From an uncultured Clostridia bacterium (GTDB taxonomy: Bacteria; Bacillota; Clostridia; TANB77; CAG-508): 64,000 nucleotides of DNA. The notes under the pieces were generated by a model, which had not been told where the DNA came from, did no database searches, and saw only the letters and a list, made by a program, of their open reading frames with translations. Below, piece after piece: positions 9,971 to 18,982 of the stretch (position 1 is the stretch's first letter; each line of letters begins with the position of its first letter). The translations under genes and the position numbers were made by a program. The stretch covers positions 273,549-337,548 of the forward strand of contig CAKPRG010000001.1 in assembly GCA_934182465.1 (NCBI GenBank), written 5' to 3'.

Positions 9971-9999
9971 ATTATAGTATATTAAATTTATTTTGTCAA
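9971..9999 (-). promoter_or_regulatory. Consensus sigma-A promoter for tRNA-Lys(CUU)
   Basis: Minus strand: TTGACA, 17 nt, TATAAT. It lies 15 nt upstream of the tRNA 5' end. Confidence 0.65.
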
Positions 10000-10035
10000 T
10001 AGATAAAAATAGAATTAGAAAGGAAAGAAAATTTA

Positions 10036-10740
10036 ATGATAGATTTACATAGTCATATATTATTTGAAACAGATGATGGCTCAAAAACAATTGAAGAAAG
10101 TGTTAAAATGGCAAAAGAAGCAGAAAGTGCTGGTTTTACAACAATATGTTGTACACCACATTATTTAGAACCAAGATATATTAAAACAAAAGAAGAAAAT
10201 AAACAAACTTTAGAAAGATTGCAAAAAGAATTATCTGATTCTGAAATTAATATAGAATTGGTACTAGGAAATGAAATTTTTATAACTAATAATATTGAGG
10301 AATTAGTAAATAATGAAAAAGTAAGTAATTTAGGAGATTCAGAATATATTTTATTTGAACTTCCTTTATTTCAAAAATTACCAAATGCGATAGATATTTT
10401 AAGAAATTTACCATATTCAAAAATGATATTAGCACACCCAGAAAGATATGAATATGTACAAAAAGATCTGTCTTATTTAGATGATTTTATTGAAATGGGA
10501 ATATTATTACAAGGTAACTATGAGAGTATAATTGGCAAATATGGCAGAGGAGCTCAAAAAACAATAAAAAAATTATTAAAACAAAGAAAAATAGATTTAC
10601 TTTCAACAGATGCGCATAAACCATTATCTACATATAGTAGAATGGCAGAAATAGAGAAAAAACTTAGAAAAGTAATTAAGGAAGATTACTACCAATCCTT
10701 GACAGAGGAAACCCCTAGAGATATTTTAAAAAATATTTAA
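10036..10740 (+). CDS. CpsB/YwqE-type PHP-domain protein-tyrosine phosphatase
   Basis: MIDLHSHILFETDDGSKTIEES...ICCTPHY matches the Mn-dependent CpsB/Wzh phosphatase N-terminal signature. Length 234 aa. Confidence 0.8.
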   Translation: MIDLHSHILFETDDGSKTIEESVKMAKEAESAGFTTICCTPHYLEPRYIKTKEENKQTLERLQKELSDSEINIELVLGNEIFITNNIEELVNNEKVSNLGDSEYILFELPLFQKLPNAIDILRNLPYSKMILAHPERYEYVQKDLSYLDDFIEMGILLQGNYESIIGKYGRGAQKTIKKLLKQRKIDLLSTDAHKPLSTYSRMAEIEKKLRKVIKEDYYQSLTEETPRDILKNI

Positions 10741-10748
10741 ATAAGATG

Positions 10749-10777
10749 TTGATAAAAAAATTTTTTATAGGTATAAT
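10749..10777 (+). promoter_or_regulatory. Sigma-A promoter: TTGATA, 17 nt, TATAAT
   Basis: Seen directly between the phosphatase and the kinase gene. Confidence 0.5.
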
Positions 10778-10794
10778 ATTCTGGGTGGTAAATT

Positions 10795-12696
10795 ATGGAA
10801 GAATTTGATTTAAAAAGATTTGCTAAAACTGCATGGCAAAAAAAATGGCTTATTATAGCTATAATGATTGTATCTGTAATTGCGGGATACATTTATTCAT
10901 ACTATATGATAACTCCGAAATATCAGTCTGCAACAACAATAGTTTTAACAAAAGTTGAATCTGCAGAAAGTACAGATAATAAAGATTCAATTACGCAGTC
11001 AGATATTACAATGAATCAGAGTTTAATTGATACATATAGAGATATTGTGAAAAGTAAAAAAGTAGCAAAAGCTGTAAAGGAAAATCTTGGCTTAGAAAAT
11101 ATTTCAGAAGATGAAATTATAAATTCTATTACAGTAACAGCTAGTGAAACAACATCTTTATTAAAGATATCGGTTTCAAATGAAGATGCTGAACTTGCAA
11201 AAAATCTAGCTAACGAAATAGCTAAAGTATTTTCTGAACAAATAAAAGAATATTATAAAATAAATAACGTAAATATTGTAGATGAAGCTGAAATGGCTAC
11301 ATCACCATATAATATACATCATACTAAAGATTTAGCAATATTCTTTGTGTTAGGTTTATTTATATCAGGTGGTTTAGTATTGGTTCTTTATATGCTAGAT
11401 ACAACAATAAAACAAACAGAAGATATTGAAAGTTTAGGTTTACAAGTAGCAGGAATTGTTCCACTATACGAAAAAGATTGTGAAAATAAAATGACACAAG
11501 ATAATAAATCTGAAAACAAAAAAACAAGACGAGGAAAAGAATCAGAATTAATTGTTTTAGAAAATGCAAAATCGCCAATAACAGAAGCTTTTAGAAGTTT
11601 AAGAACAAATATAGTTTTTGGAAAAAGTGATGAATCATCAAGAAATATATTAATTTCAAGTTCAAATTCACAAGATGGTAAAAGTTATGTATCTGCTAAT
11701 TTAGCTACAATGTTTGCAAAAGCAAATAAAAAAGTAATAATTGTAGATGCTGATATGAGAAAAGGAAGACAAAACAAAATATTTAAAGTTTCTAATTCTC
11801 AAGGTTTATCTAATTGTTTAATCGATATGGGTGTAAGAGCAAGAATGGAGTTGAATCAATTAGCTAAATATATTAAAACTACTAAAGTACCAAATTTACA
11901 TATAATTACATCAGGAGATAGACCATCAAATCCAGCTGAATTATTATCTGCAGCAAGAATTGCAAAATTATTGGAATTATTAGATTCTATGTATGATGTT
12001 GTAATTATTGATGGAACACCATCAGCGATTGTTTCTGACAGTATTGCTGTTTCAAAATTTGTTGATACTGTATTAATTGTAGCTTCTTACAAAACAACAA
12101 AATTAGAAACATTAGGAAAAGTTAAAAAGAGTTTTGAAAATGTTGGTGGAAAAATAACTGGAGTTGTTTTAAATAAATATCCATTTTCAAAAAGTACTTA
12201 TACAGAAAGCTACTATTATGATGATAGCAAGAACAAAGAGAAAAACATTGAACAACAAGAACAAATAAAAAGTGTATCTGAAATGATTGAAGAAGCTTCT
12301 AAAAAACCAAGAGTAAATAGTATAACTACAAGTAACTATCAAGAAAGTATGGAAGTTTATGAATCAAATGTACCAAGTGAAATAAATCAAGAAAGTACAA
12401 AATATTTAGAATATAAAATAGATAATATTAATATGGAATTAGCTAATATCAAAAATTTATTTATACAAGCAATGATGGAAGATAAGGTAAATCCAAAGGA
12501 TATTGAAGATATAAAAATTGAATTAAGCAATATGAAGCAAATGATGGATTTAAGAAGTGAATTGGATGTTAGCAAAGAAATTAGAGACGAGATTGAAAGC
12601 GTAAAAGCAATTACAGAAAATCTATCAGATATTCAAAAAGAAAATAATGAAAAAGTAAGACGTTTTATAGAAGAATATAGAAAAAGACGTGGATAG
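10795..12696 (+). CDS. Fused Wzz chain-length-determinant (CpsC-like) and BY-kinase (CpsD-like, P-loop) protein with an approximately 140-aa coiled-coil C-terminal extension
   Basis: Two TM helices flank a Wzz-like periplasmic region. Walker A ISSSNSQDGKSYVSANLA, DxD (IIVDADMRKG) and a tyrosine cluster (YTESYYYDD) are present. An additional charged, heptad-rich tail occupies residues about 490-633. Confidence 0.75.
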   Translation: MEEFDLKRFAKTAWQKKWLIIAIMIVSVIAGYIYSYYMITPKYQSATTIVLTKVESAESTDNKDSITQSDITMNQSLIDTYRDIVKSKKVAKAVKENLGLENISEDEIINSITVTASETTSLLKISVSNEDAELAKNLANEIAKVFSEQIKEYYKINNVNIVDEAEMATSPYNIHHTKDLAIFFVLGLFISGGLVLVLYMLDTTIKQTEDIESLGLQVAGIVPLYEKDCENKMTQDNKSENKKTRRGKESELIVLENAKSPITEAFRSLRTNIVFGKSDESSRNILISSSNSQDGKSYVSANLATMFAKANKKVIIVDADMRKGRQNKIFKVSNSQGLSNCLIDMGVRARMELNQLAKYIKTTKVPNLHIITSGDRPSNPAELLSAARIAKLLELLDSMYDVVIIDGTPSAIVSDSIAVSKFVDTVLIVASYKTTKLETLGKVKKSFENVGGKITGVVLNKYPFSKSTYTESYYYDDSKNKEKNIEQQEQIKSVSEMIEEASKKPRVNSITTSNYQESMEVYESNVPSEINQESTKYLEYKIDNINMELANIKNLFIQAMMEDKVNPKDIEDIKIELSNMKQMMDLRSELDVSKEIRDEIESVKAITENLSDIQKENNEKVRRFIEEYRKRRG

Positions 12697-12702
12697 ATAA
12701 AA

Positions 12703-12745
12703 TACTGAATGCTGAGTAATAAAATTTACTCAGTATTTTTTTGTA
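12703..12745 (+). terminator. Rho-independent terminator
   Basis: ctgagtaa...ttactcag stem followed by T7. Confidence 0.65.
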
Positions 12746-12800
12746 TAAAAATGTATAATGTGCAAATAATAATAAAAACATAAATGAAAGGAAGAAAGTA

Positions 12801-12989
12801 ATGACAAATTTAACACAAATAGAATTAAGAAATGTTAAGCATTTAATTTGCATGGAAGAGACTGCATATAGAAAGCTAACTAATTATGCTGATTATGCAG
12901 TAGATCCACAAATAAAACAAGTTTTCAATAAAGCTGCTCAAGATGCTTTAAATACTAAAACAAAATTAGTTTCTTTTTTAAATAAGTAG
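12801..12989 (+). CDS. Small hypothetical protein (62 aa), possibly a Coat-F-like or ferritin-like helical protein
   Basis: RBS AGGAAG. Forms a pair with the next gene, 9 nt apart. The family assignment is a guess. Confidence 0.4.
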   Translation: MTNLTQIELRNVKHLICMEETAYRKLTNYADYAVDPQIKQVFNKAAQDALNTKTKLVSFLNK

Positions 12990-12998
12990 AGGTGGAAA

Positions 12999-13244
12999 AT
13001 GGAAGAAAAAAACATGGTTAATGATGTTCAAGAAAGTTGTACATCATTTTTAAAAGAGTATCAAAATTATATATTAGAATGTAATAATATGGAACTTAGA
13101 CAGTTATTACAGAATTTAAGAAATACGTATGAGAGTTTTCAATACGAAATATTGAAATTGGCTGAGTCAAAAGGGTATTCGATTCCAGAAGAAAAAGCAA
13201 CATTAGAAGAAGTGACGAAAGTAAGAAATGAATTTGCACAATAA
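12999..13244 (+). CDS. Small hypothetical protein (81 aa), possibly Coat-F-like
   Basis: RBS GAGGTGG. Predicted helical. Confidence 0.4.
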   Translation: MEEKNMVNDVQESCTSFLKEYQNYILECNNMELRQLLQNLRNTYESFQYEILKLAESKGYSIPEEKATLEEVTKVRNEFAQ

Positions 13245-13261
13245 AATATGTGTAGTAAATA

Positions 13262-13322
13262 GGCAAGTCTTAAAGTTTTTTGAATTTTTATTTGATAGAA
13301 AAACTTAGACTTGCTTTTTTAT
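13262..13322 (+). terminator. Long-stem rho-independent terminator
   Basis: ggcaagtcttaaagtttt...aaaacttagacttgc followed by T8. Confidence 0.65.
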
Positions 13323-13532
13323 GTGGCTAAGAATTTTACTAAGAATTATATATATATATTTTTTTTTTGATAAAAATTTAGCAAACATTAAATATAAAAT
13401 TTTCTATAAATTTTTTACATAACAACAAAAAATATTACGGAAATTAAAATTTAAGGATATACTTCCAAAAAAGAGAAAACACGAGAAAAACAAAATTAAA
13501 GCGTGAAAAAATCCAAATTTTACAAATTGCTA

Positions 13533-13560
13533 TTGAAAAGAAAAATATATAGAATATAAT
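13533..13560 (+). promoter_or_regulatory. Sigma-A promoter: TTGAAA, 16 nt, TATAAT
   Basis: Seen directly. An RBS GGAG lies 12 nt before the GTG start at 13597. Confidence 0.45.
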
Positions 13561-13596
13561 CAGCAAAAGAAAAAGGTAAAGGAGTGTAAATAAATA

Positions 13597-14592
13597 GTGA
13601 TAAAAAAGGTAATCATTCATTTGAAATTATGGACAAAGTTGGCTGTAATAATAATGGTTGCTTTAGCAATTATAGGCTTTTTGATTTTTTTTGTATATAA
13701 GCCGACTTACAGTGTAACTCTAAATGGAGAATTTATTGGTTATACAGAAGATAAAAGAAAGTTACAAGATAAGATATATGAATATCGAAAATCTGGAGAT
13801 AATAATCTTATAGCTTTTGTTGAAATTGAAACTTTACCCGAATATAAAATGTGTTTATTAAAAAAAGGAATAACAACTAATAGTGACGAAATATTTTCAA
13901 AAGTTATTAGTTCTGGAATTCCATACTATAAATATTATGCTATATTAGACAATAATGAAGAAAAATATTATGTACAGACATTTGAAGAAGCAGAAAATGT
14001 GTTAAATGAACTAAAAGAAAAAGATAGTAATAATAAAGATAATATTACATATGCATTAAAATATAATACAGAACTAAAAACTTTTACAGATACAACAACA
14101 GCAGTAGCATCACTTTATGTAGAAAAACCAAAAGTTGTTACAAAACCAAAAATTAAAACTTCAAATGGAAAAATAAATACATCAGCAAATGTTGACTTTA
14201 GTAATACAGCTTTAGGAGTAGCACTTATAAAACCAATTAATGGTATTATTTCATCTAGATTTGGTGCTAGAAGTAGCATAAGAAGTAGTATACATACAGG
14301 ATTGGATATAGCAGCATCTAAAGGAACACCAATTAAGGCAGCAGCAGATGGAACAGTTATTTATTCAGGTAGAAAAGGTTCATACGGAAATTTACTTGTT
14401 ATAGACCATGGAAATGGGGTAGAAACATATTATGGACATTGTAACAGTTTAGTTGCTTCTACTGGTGAAAAAGTTTCGCAAGGACAAGTAGTTGCTTATG
14501 TTGGTTCTACAGGTAATTCAACAGGACCTCATTTGCATTTAGAGATTAGAGTTAATGGAGTCGCAAAAAATCCACAAAACTATTTATATTAA
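13597..14592 (+). CDS. M23-family peptidoglycan DD-metalloendopeptidase with an N-terminal TM anchor
   Basis: HTGLDIAASKGTPIKAAADGTV...GHCNSL...GSTGNSTGPHLHLEIRVNG is the LytM/M23 signature. GTG start. Confidence 0.8.
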   Translation: MIKKVIIHLKLWTKLAVIIMVALAIIGFLIFFVYKPTYSVTLNGEFIGYTEDKRKLQDKIYEYRKSGDNNLIAFVEIETLPEYKMCLLKKGITTNSDEIFSKVISSGIPYYKYYAILDNNEEKYYVQTFEEAENVLNELKEKDSNNKDNITYALKYNTELKTFTDTTTAVASLYVEKPKVVTKPKIKTSNGKINTSANVDFSNTALGVALIKPINGIISSRFGARSSIRSSIHTGLDIAASKGTPIKAAADGTVIYSGRKGSYGNLLVIDHGNGVETYYGHCNSLVASTGEKVSQGQVVAYVGSTGNSTGPHLHLEIRVNGVAKNPQNYLY

Positions 14593-14612
14593 AATTTAAT
14601 ATTAAAAATAAT

Positions 14613-14656
14613 AAGCCTCAATTGTTAATTTATTAGTAATTGAGGCTTTTGTTTTG
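14613..14656. terminator. Bidirectional terminator between the M23 gene and mecA
   Basis: aagcctcaattg...caattgaggctt 12-bp stem with T-runs on both strands. Confidence 0.7.
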
Positions 14657-14680
14657 TGAAAAAACAGTGTATAAAAACTT

Positions 14681-15298
14681 TCAAATATAATGAATAACAG
14701 AATTTATAGCATTATTATCTAAAAAACAAGTTGTGTTTTCTTTAAGTTTAGCTAAAAAAGTTTTTGAATTTGTAATAAATTTTGCAAATTCTGTTATACA
14801 AGAAAATAAAAATTCTTTTTGTTTAATATTCATAGTAGTTGTTGAAATGGCAAAAAAGTATTGAGAATTATATTTAAATAAAGAGTTATTATTTTCTAGA
14901 ACTTTTAATAAATTAACATCAGAATTTTGTACTATAAATTGACAAAAACTAATAAAGTTATCAAAAGAGTTAAATTTGTAAATAGAAAATGTTGGATTAT
15001 TTATGTTGGATTTGCGTTTTGTATGTACATGTACAACTTTTTTCTTAGTTTCTTTTTGCAATCTTGTAACAATTAAAATAAAGATTCCATTTGATAAAGC
15101 AAGAGTGTTTATTTCTAATTTATATTGGTCTGTATTAAAACCCAAAGATTCTTCAGCTTGGTCTAAGATTTTTAAAAATAAAGCTTGAGTTTGAGTTGAA
15201 TTTGCCATAAAAGAATGAAAATCTATATTGTTTTCTTGTAAATCAATATAGTCAAAGGTTATTTTTATTTTATCATCATTAATTTTTTCTATTTTCAA
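14681..15298 (-). CDS. mecA: Adaptor protein MecA (ClpC adaptor / negative regulator of competence)
   Basis: N-terminus MKIEKINDDKIKITFDYIDL and the overall 205-aa layout match MecA. Confidence 0.7.
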   Translation of the reverse strand: MKIEKINDDKIKITFDYIDLQENNIDFHSFMANSTQTQALFLKILDQAEESLGFNTDQYKLEINTLALSNGIFILIVTRLQKETKKKVVHVHTKRKSNINNPTFSIYKFNSFDNFISFCQFIVQNSDVNLLKVLENNNSLFKYNSQYFFAISTTTMNIKQKEFLFSCITEFAKFITNSKTFLAKLKENTTCFLDNNAINSVIHYI

Positions 15299-15448
15299 AA
15301 AAGTATACCTCCAATGTTTATATAAGTTAATTATACTATCTTTGTGTCAAAAGTAAATGTAAAAAAATGGTATATATAGTTAATATATGCTCTGAAAAAT
15401 TTTTAATGAATAAATTTTGTATAAAAGCAAAAAACTTTATATATTTAC

Positions 15449-15477
15449 TTGAAAAAAATCCCTTATCAATATATAAT
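15449..15477 (+). promoter_or_regulatory. Sigma-A promoter (TTGAAA, 17 nt, TATAAT) for the DUF4321-radC-mreBCD operon
   Basis: Seen directly. Confidence 0.5.
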
Positions 15478-15524
15478 AATTAGGACAAAATCAAAATTCC
15501 GTAAGAAAAAATGGAGGAACAAAT

Positions 15525-15782
15525 ATGGCAACAAAAGATAAAAATATATGGATATTATTAATTTTTATTTTATCAGGAATTGTAATAGGAGGATTACTTG
15601 GAGAAATAGCATCAAAAGTAGATGTGCTATGGTGGTTAAACTATGGACAAGAATTTGGTATGTCAGAGCCATTTACATTAGATTTAAGCATAATGAAAAT
15701 TAGTTTTAGCTTAATGTTTAAAATTACAGTCGCAAGTATAATCGGAATTGCAATTTCAATATTTGTATATCGAAAAGTATAG
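15525..15782 (+). CDS. DUF4321-family small membrane protein
   Basis: 85 aa with two TM helices. The motif WILLIFILSGIVIGGLLGEI is typical of the small protein commonly found upstream of radC/mreB. Confidence 0.6.
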   Translation: MATKDKNIWILLIFILSGIVIGGLLGEIASKVDVLWWLNYGQEFGMSEPFTLDLSIMKISFSLMFKITVASIIGIAISIFVYRKV

Positions 15783-15819
15783 TTAAAAATATGGGGCATA
15801 AATAGACAGAAAGGATTAA

Positions 15820-16485
15820 ATGCAAGAAAAAATATTAATAGATGCACCTTATGAAAAATGTGAATTATATGGAATTGAAAGTTTAAGTGAAATTGAATTA
15901 CTTTCAATAATATTAAGAACAGGTACAAAAGAATTCAATGTGCTTGAACTTTCAAGGAAAATACTGAATGATTTTGAATCAATTGGTAGTTTTAGGTTCT
16001 TACAAGAAATTAGTTTAAATGAGTTAAGAAAAATTAAAGGTATTGGCAGAGTTAAAGCAATAGAGCTAAAGGCAGTTGGAGAAATTGCTAAAAGAATTAA
16101 TAAACCACTAGCATCAAAGAATATAAAAATTATATCAACTTCAGATGTTATAAATTTAGTTGGTGAAATTAGATTTGAAAAAAGAGAATACTCAAACTAA
16201 TTATTTTAAACACTAAAAATATAGTTATTAAAATAAAAACAATAGCAACAGGAAATATAAATGCAATATTAATAGATCCAAAACAAATATTTTCAGAAGT
16301 AATAAAAATGGAAGCACCAAAAATGATTCTAGTACATAATCATCCGAGTGGAGATCCTACACCAAGTAGGCAAGATATACAAATAAATGAAAAATTAAAA
16401 CAATGTGCCAAAATGTTTGAAATAGAATTATTAGACCATATTATTATTGGAGATGGAGACTATGTTAGTATAACTAGGAGATGAA
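15820..16485 (+). pseudogene. radC: radC (JAB/MPN-domain RadC-like protein) interrupted by a 1-nt frameshift near 16188
   Basis: The N-terminal HhH part (GIGRVKAIEL) ends at TAA 16198. The JAB part (ILVHNHPSGDPTPSRQDI) continues in the -1 frame to TGA 16485. Could be a genuine pseudogene or an assembly error. Confidence 0.65.
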
Positions 16486-17500
16486 AATGAGTTTTTTAAG
16501 TAATTTAGATAATAGAGAAATAGGAATAGATTTAGGAACAGCAAACATTTTAGTAGCTTTAAAAAAGAAAGGAATAGTATATAGAGAACCATCAGTAGTA
16601 GCTTTAGATAAAGAAACAAAAGAAGTATTAGCTTTTGGAAATCAAGCAAAATTAATGCTTGGAAGAACACCACAAAAAATCGAAGCAATAAAACCTATGA
16701 AAGATGGAGTTATAGCAGATTTTACAGCAACAAAATTAATGCTAAGATCTATAGTAACAAAAGTATGCAGAAAATACAAAATATATAAACCAAGAGTAGT
16801 TGTTGGTGTACCATCTGGAATTACAGAAGTAGAAAGAAGAGCAGTAGAAGAAGCAATATTATCAAGTGGGGCTGGAAACGTTTACTTAGTAGATGAACCA
16901 ATGGCAGCAGCTATTGGTAGTGGATTAAATACATCAGAGCCAACAGGAAACATTATAGTTGATATAGGTGGTGGAACAACTGAAGTAGCAGTAATTTCAT
17001 TAGGTGGAATTGTAGTTAGCGAATCCCTAAAAGTTGCTGGTGATGAAATAACAGATGATATAATTAATTATGCTAAAAAGAATTTAGGAATAGTTATAGG
17101 TGAAGTTACAGGAGAAAATATAAAAAAACAACTTGCATGTGCAAAACCTCTAGTAACAGAAGAAAGTATGGAAATTAGAGGAAGAGATATAGTAACAGGA
17201 TTGCCAGTTATTAAAAAAATAACCTCAACAGATGTAGGCCTTGCAATACATGATTCACTTTTAAAAATTGTAGAAGCAATAAGAAATTGTTTAGAACAAA
17301 CTCCACCTGAATTACTTTCAGATATTGCAATAAAAGGAATAATGGTAGCTGGAGGAGGAGCATTAATTAAAAACTTAGACGAATTAATTTCTGAAAAAAC
17401 AGAAACACCTGTATATATAGCAACAGAGCCACTAGAATGTGTTGTAAAAGGAACACAAAAAATTGTAGAGGATATACACTTGAAAAAAGTATTAGGATAA
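16481..17500 (+). CDS. mreB: Rod shape-determining protein MreB
   Basis: Actin-fold signatures: IGIDLGTANILV, DIGGGTTEVAV. Confidence 0.9.
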   Translation: MKMSFLSNLDNREIGIDLGTANILVALKKKGIVYREPSVVALDKETKEVLAFGNQAKLMLGRTPQKIEAIKPMKDGVIADFTATKLMLRSIVTKVCRKYKIYKPRVVVGVPSGITEVERRAVEEAILSSGAGNVYLVDEPMAAAIGSGLNTSEPTGNIIVDIGGGTTEVAVISLGGIVVSESLKVAGDEITDDIINYAKKNLGIVIGEVTGENIKKQLACAKPLVTEESMEIRGRDIVTGLPVIKKITSTDVGLAIHDSLLKIVEAIRNCLEQTPPELLSDIAIKGIMVAGGGALIKNLDELISEKTETPVYIATEPLECVVKGTQKIVEDIHLKKVLG

Positions 17501-17542
17501 AAATGAAAGGAAAAGTATAAATTTTTTATACAAGGAATTAGA

Positions 17543-18361
17543 ATGAATAGAAATAAACAAACTGAATTCTTAGGAGGAATTATTACTCTTGTTATTTTAA
17601 TATTATTAATATTTCTTTCAAATGTTCAATTGAATAAATTATCTTATTTAGAAAGTGTAGTAAGTGCAATAACTACACCAGTTCAAAGAGTTTTTACTGA
17701 TTTGAAAAATAAAGCTCAAGGAAATCAATCATATTTTTCAAATATGGAAGCCTTAAAAACAGAAAATGAAGAATTGAGAAAAACAAATAGTGAATTGGAA
17801 ACTAAACTAAGAGAATTAGAAGTTATAAAAGCAGATAATGCTACTTTACAAGAATATATGAATTTAACACAAAAATATGCAGAATATCAAACAATACCAG
17901 CTTATGTAATAAACAAAGATGTAAGTAATTATAGTAGCAATTTAGTAATAAATGTGGGAACAAATGATGGTGTTCAAACTAATATGACTGTAATCGCAGA
18001 TAAAGGACTTGTAGGTCATATAATATCGGTTACAGAGAAAACTGCAAAAGTACAAGTTATTATTGATGCAGCAAGTACAGTAAGTGCTAAGATTACAACA
18101 ACAGAAGAAAGTATTATATGTAAAGGAACATTAGAAAATAATCAAGTATTAAGAGCAAGCTATATACCAACAGGAGCAGAACTAATACAAGGAGATAATG
18201 TTACAACATCAGGACTTGGAGGAATTTATCCACAAGGCATACATATTGGAACAATCAAAGAAATTATAACAACAAGTAATATTATAGATAGATATGCAAT
18301 TATCGAACCAGCAGTTGACTTTGCTAAAGTTACAAATGTTCTAGTAGTAAAAAATCAATAG
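17543..18361 (+). CDS. mreC: Rod shape-determining protein MreC
   Basis: N-terminal TM helix, coiled coil and a beta-domain, in the conserved position after mreB. Confidence 0.8.
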   Translation: MNRNKQTEFLGGIITLVILILLIFLSNVQLNKLSYLESVVSAITTPVQRVFTDLKNKAQGNQSYFSNMEALKTENEELRKTNSELETKLRELEVIKADNATLQEYMNLTQKYAEYQTIPAYVINKDVSNYSSNLVINVGTNDGVQTNMTVIADKGLVGHIISVTEKTAKVQVIIDAASTVSAKITTTEESIICKGTLENNQVLRASYIPTGAELIQGDNVTTSGLGGIYPQGIHIGTIKEIITTSNIIDRYAIIEPAVDFAKVTNVLVVKNQ

Positions 18362-18409
18362 CAGAAAGGAGAGTATGAATATCAAAATTAGATAATCATA
18401 CAAGTAAAA

Positions 18410-18943
18410 ATGAAAAAAATTGGAATAGGAATTTTATTTTTTATAGTATTCTTAATTTTATACTTTTTAGAAGCAAATTTATTTCCTTTAATTACTATAA
18501 AAGGTGTTTTACCAAATCTAATTGTTATATTTATACTTTTTATAGGTCTATTTGCTAATACAACTTATGGTATTTTATTTGGTGCTATATGTGGACTAAT
18601 ATTAGACTTGATTTATGGCAAATGCGTAGGAATCTCAGCAGTTATGTTATGTGTGGTTGGATATTTAGGATCATATTTTGATAAAAATTTTTCAAAAGAA
18701 AACAAAATAACAATTATATTAATGGTTGTAGGAATAACTATAATATACGAAGCAGGATATTATCTACTAAATTCTATAATTTTAGGATTTGATACAGAAT
18801 GGTTTTATTTCGCAAAAATATTAATTATTGAAGTTGTATATAATGTATTACTTTCAATATTGTTGTATCCTGTTATTCAAAAAGCAGGATATGCAGTAGA
18901 TAGAATTTTTAAAAGAAACAATGTACTTACAAGGTATTTTTAA
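18410..18943 (+). CDS. mreD: Rod shape-determining protein MreD
   Basis: 177-aa polytopic membrane protein following mreC. Confidence 0.7.
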   Translation: MKKIGIGILFFIVFLILYFLEANLFPLITIKGVLPNLIVIFILFIGLFANTTYGILFGAICGLILDLIYGKCVGISAVMLCVVGYLGSYFDKNFSKENKITIILMVVGITIIYEAGYYLLNSIILGFDTEWFYFAKILIIEVVYNVLLSILLYPVIQKAGYAVDRIFKRNNVLTRYF

Positions 18944-18982
18944 AATTAATAAAATACTTAAAGAGTTTTAGAAAGTAAGAAG

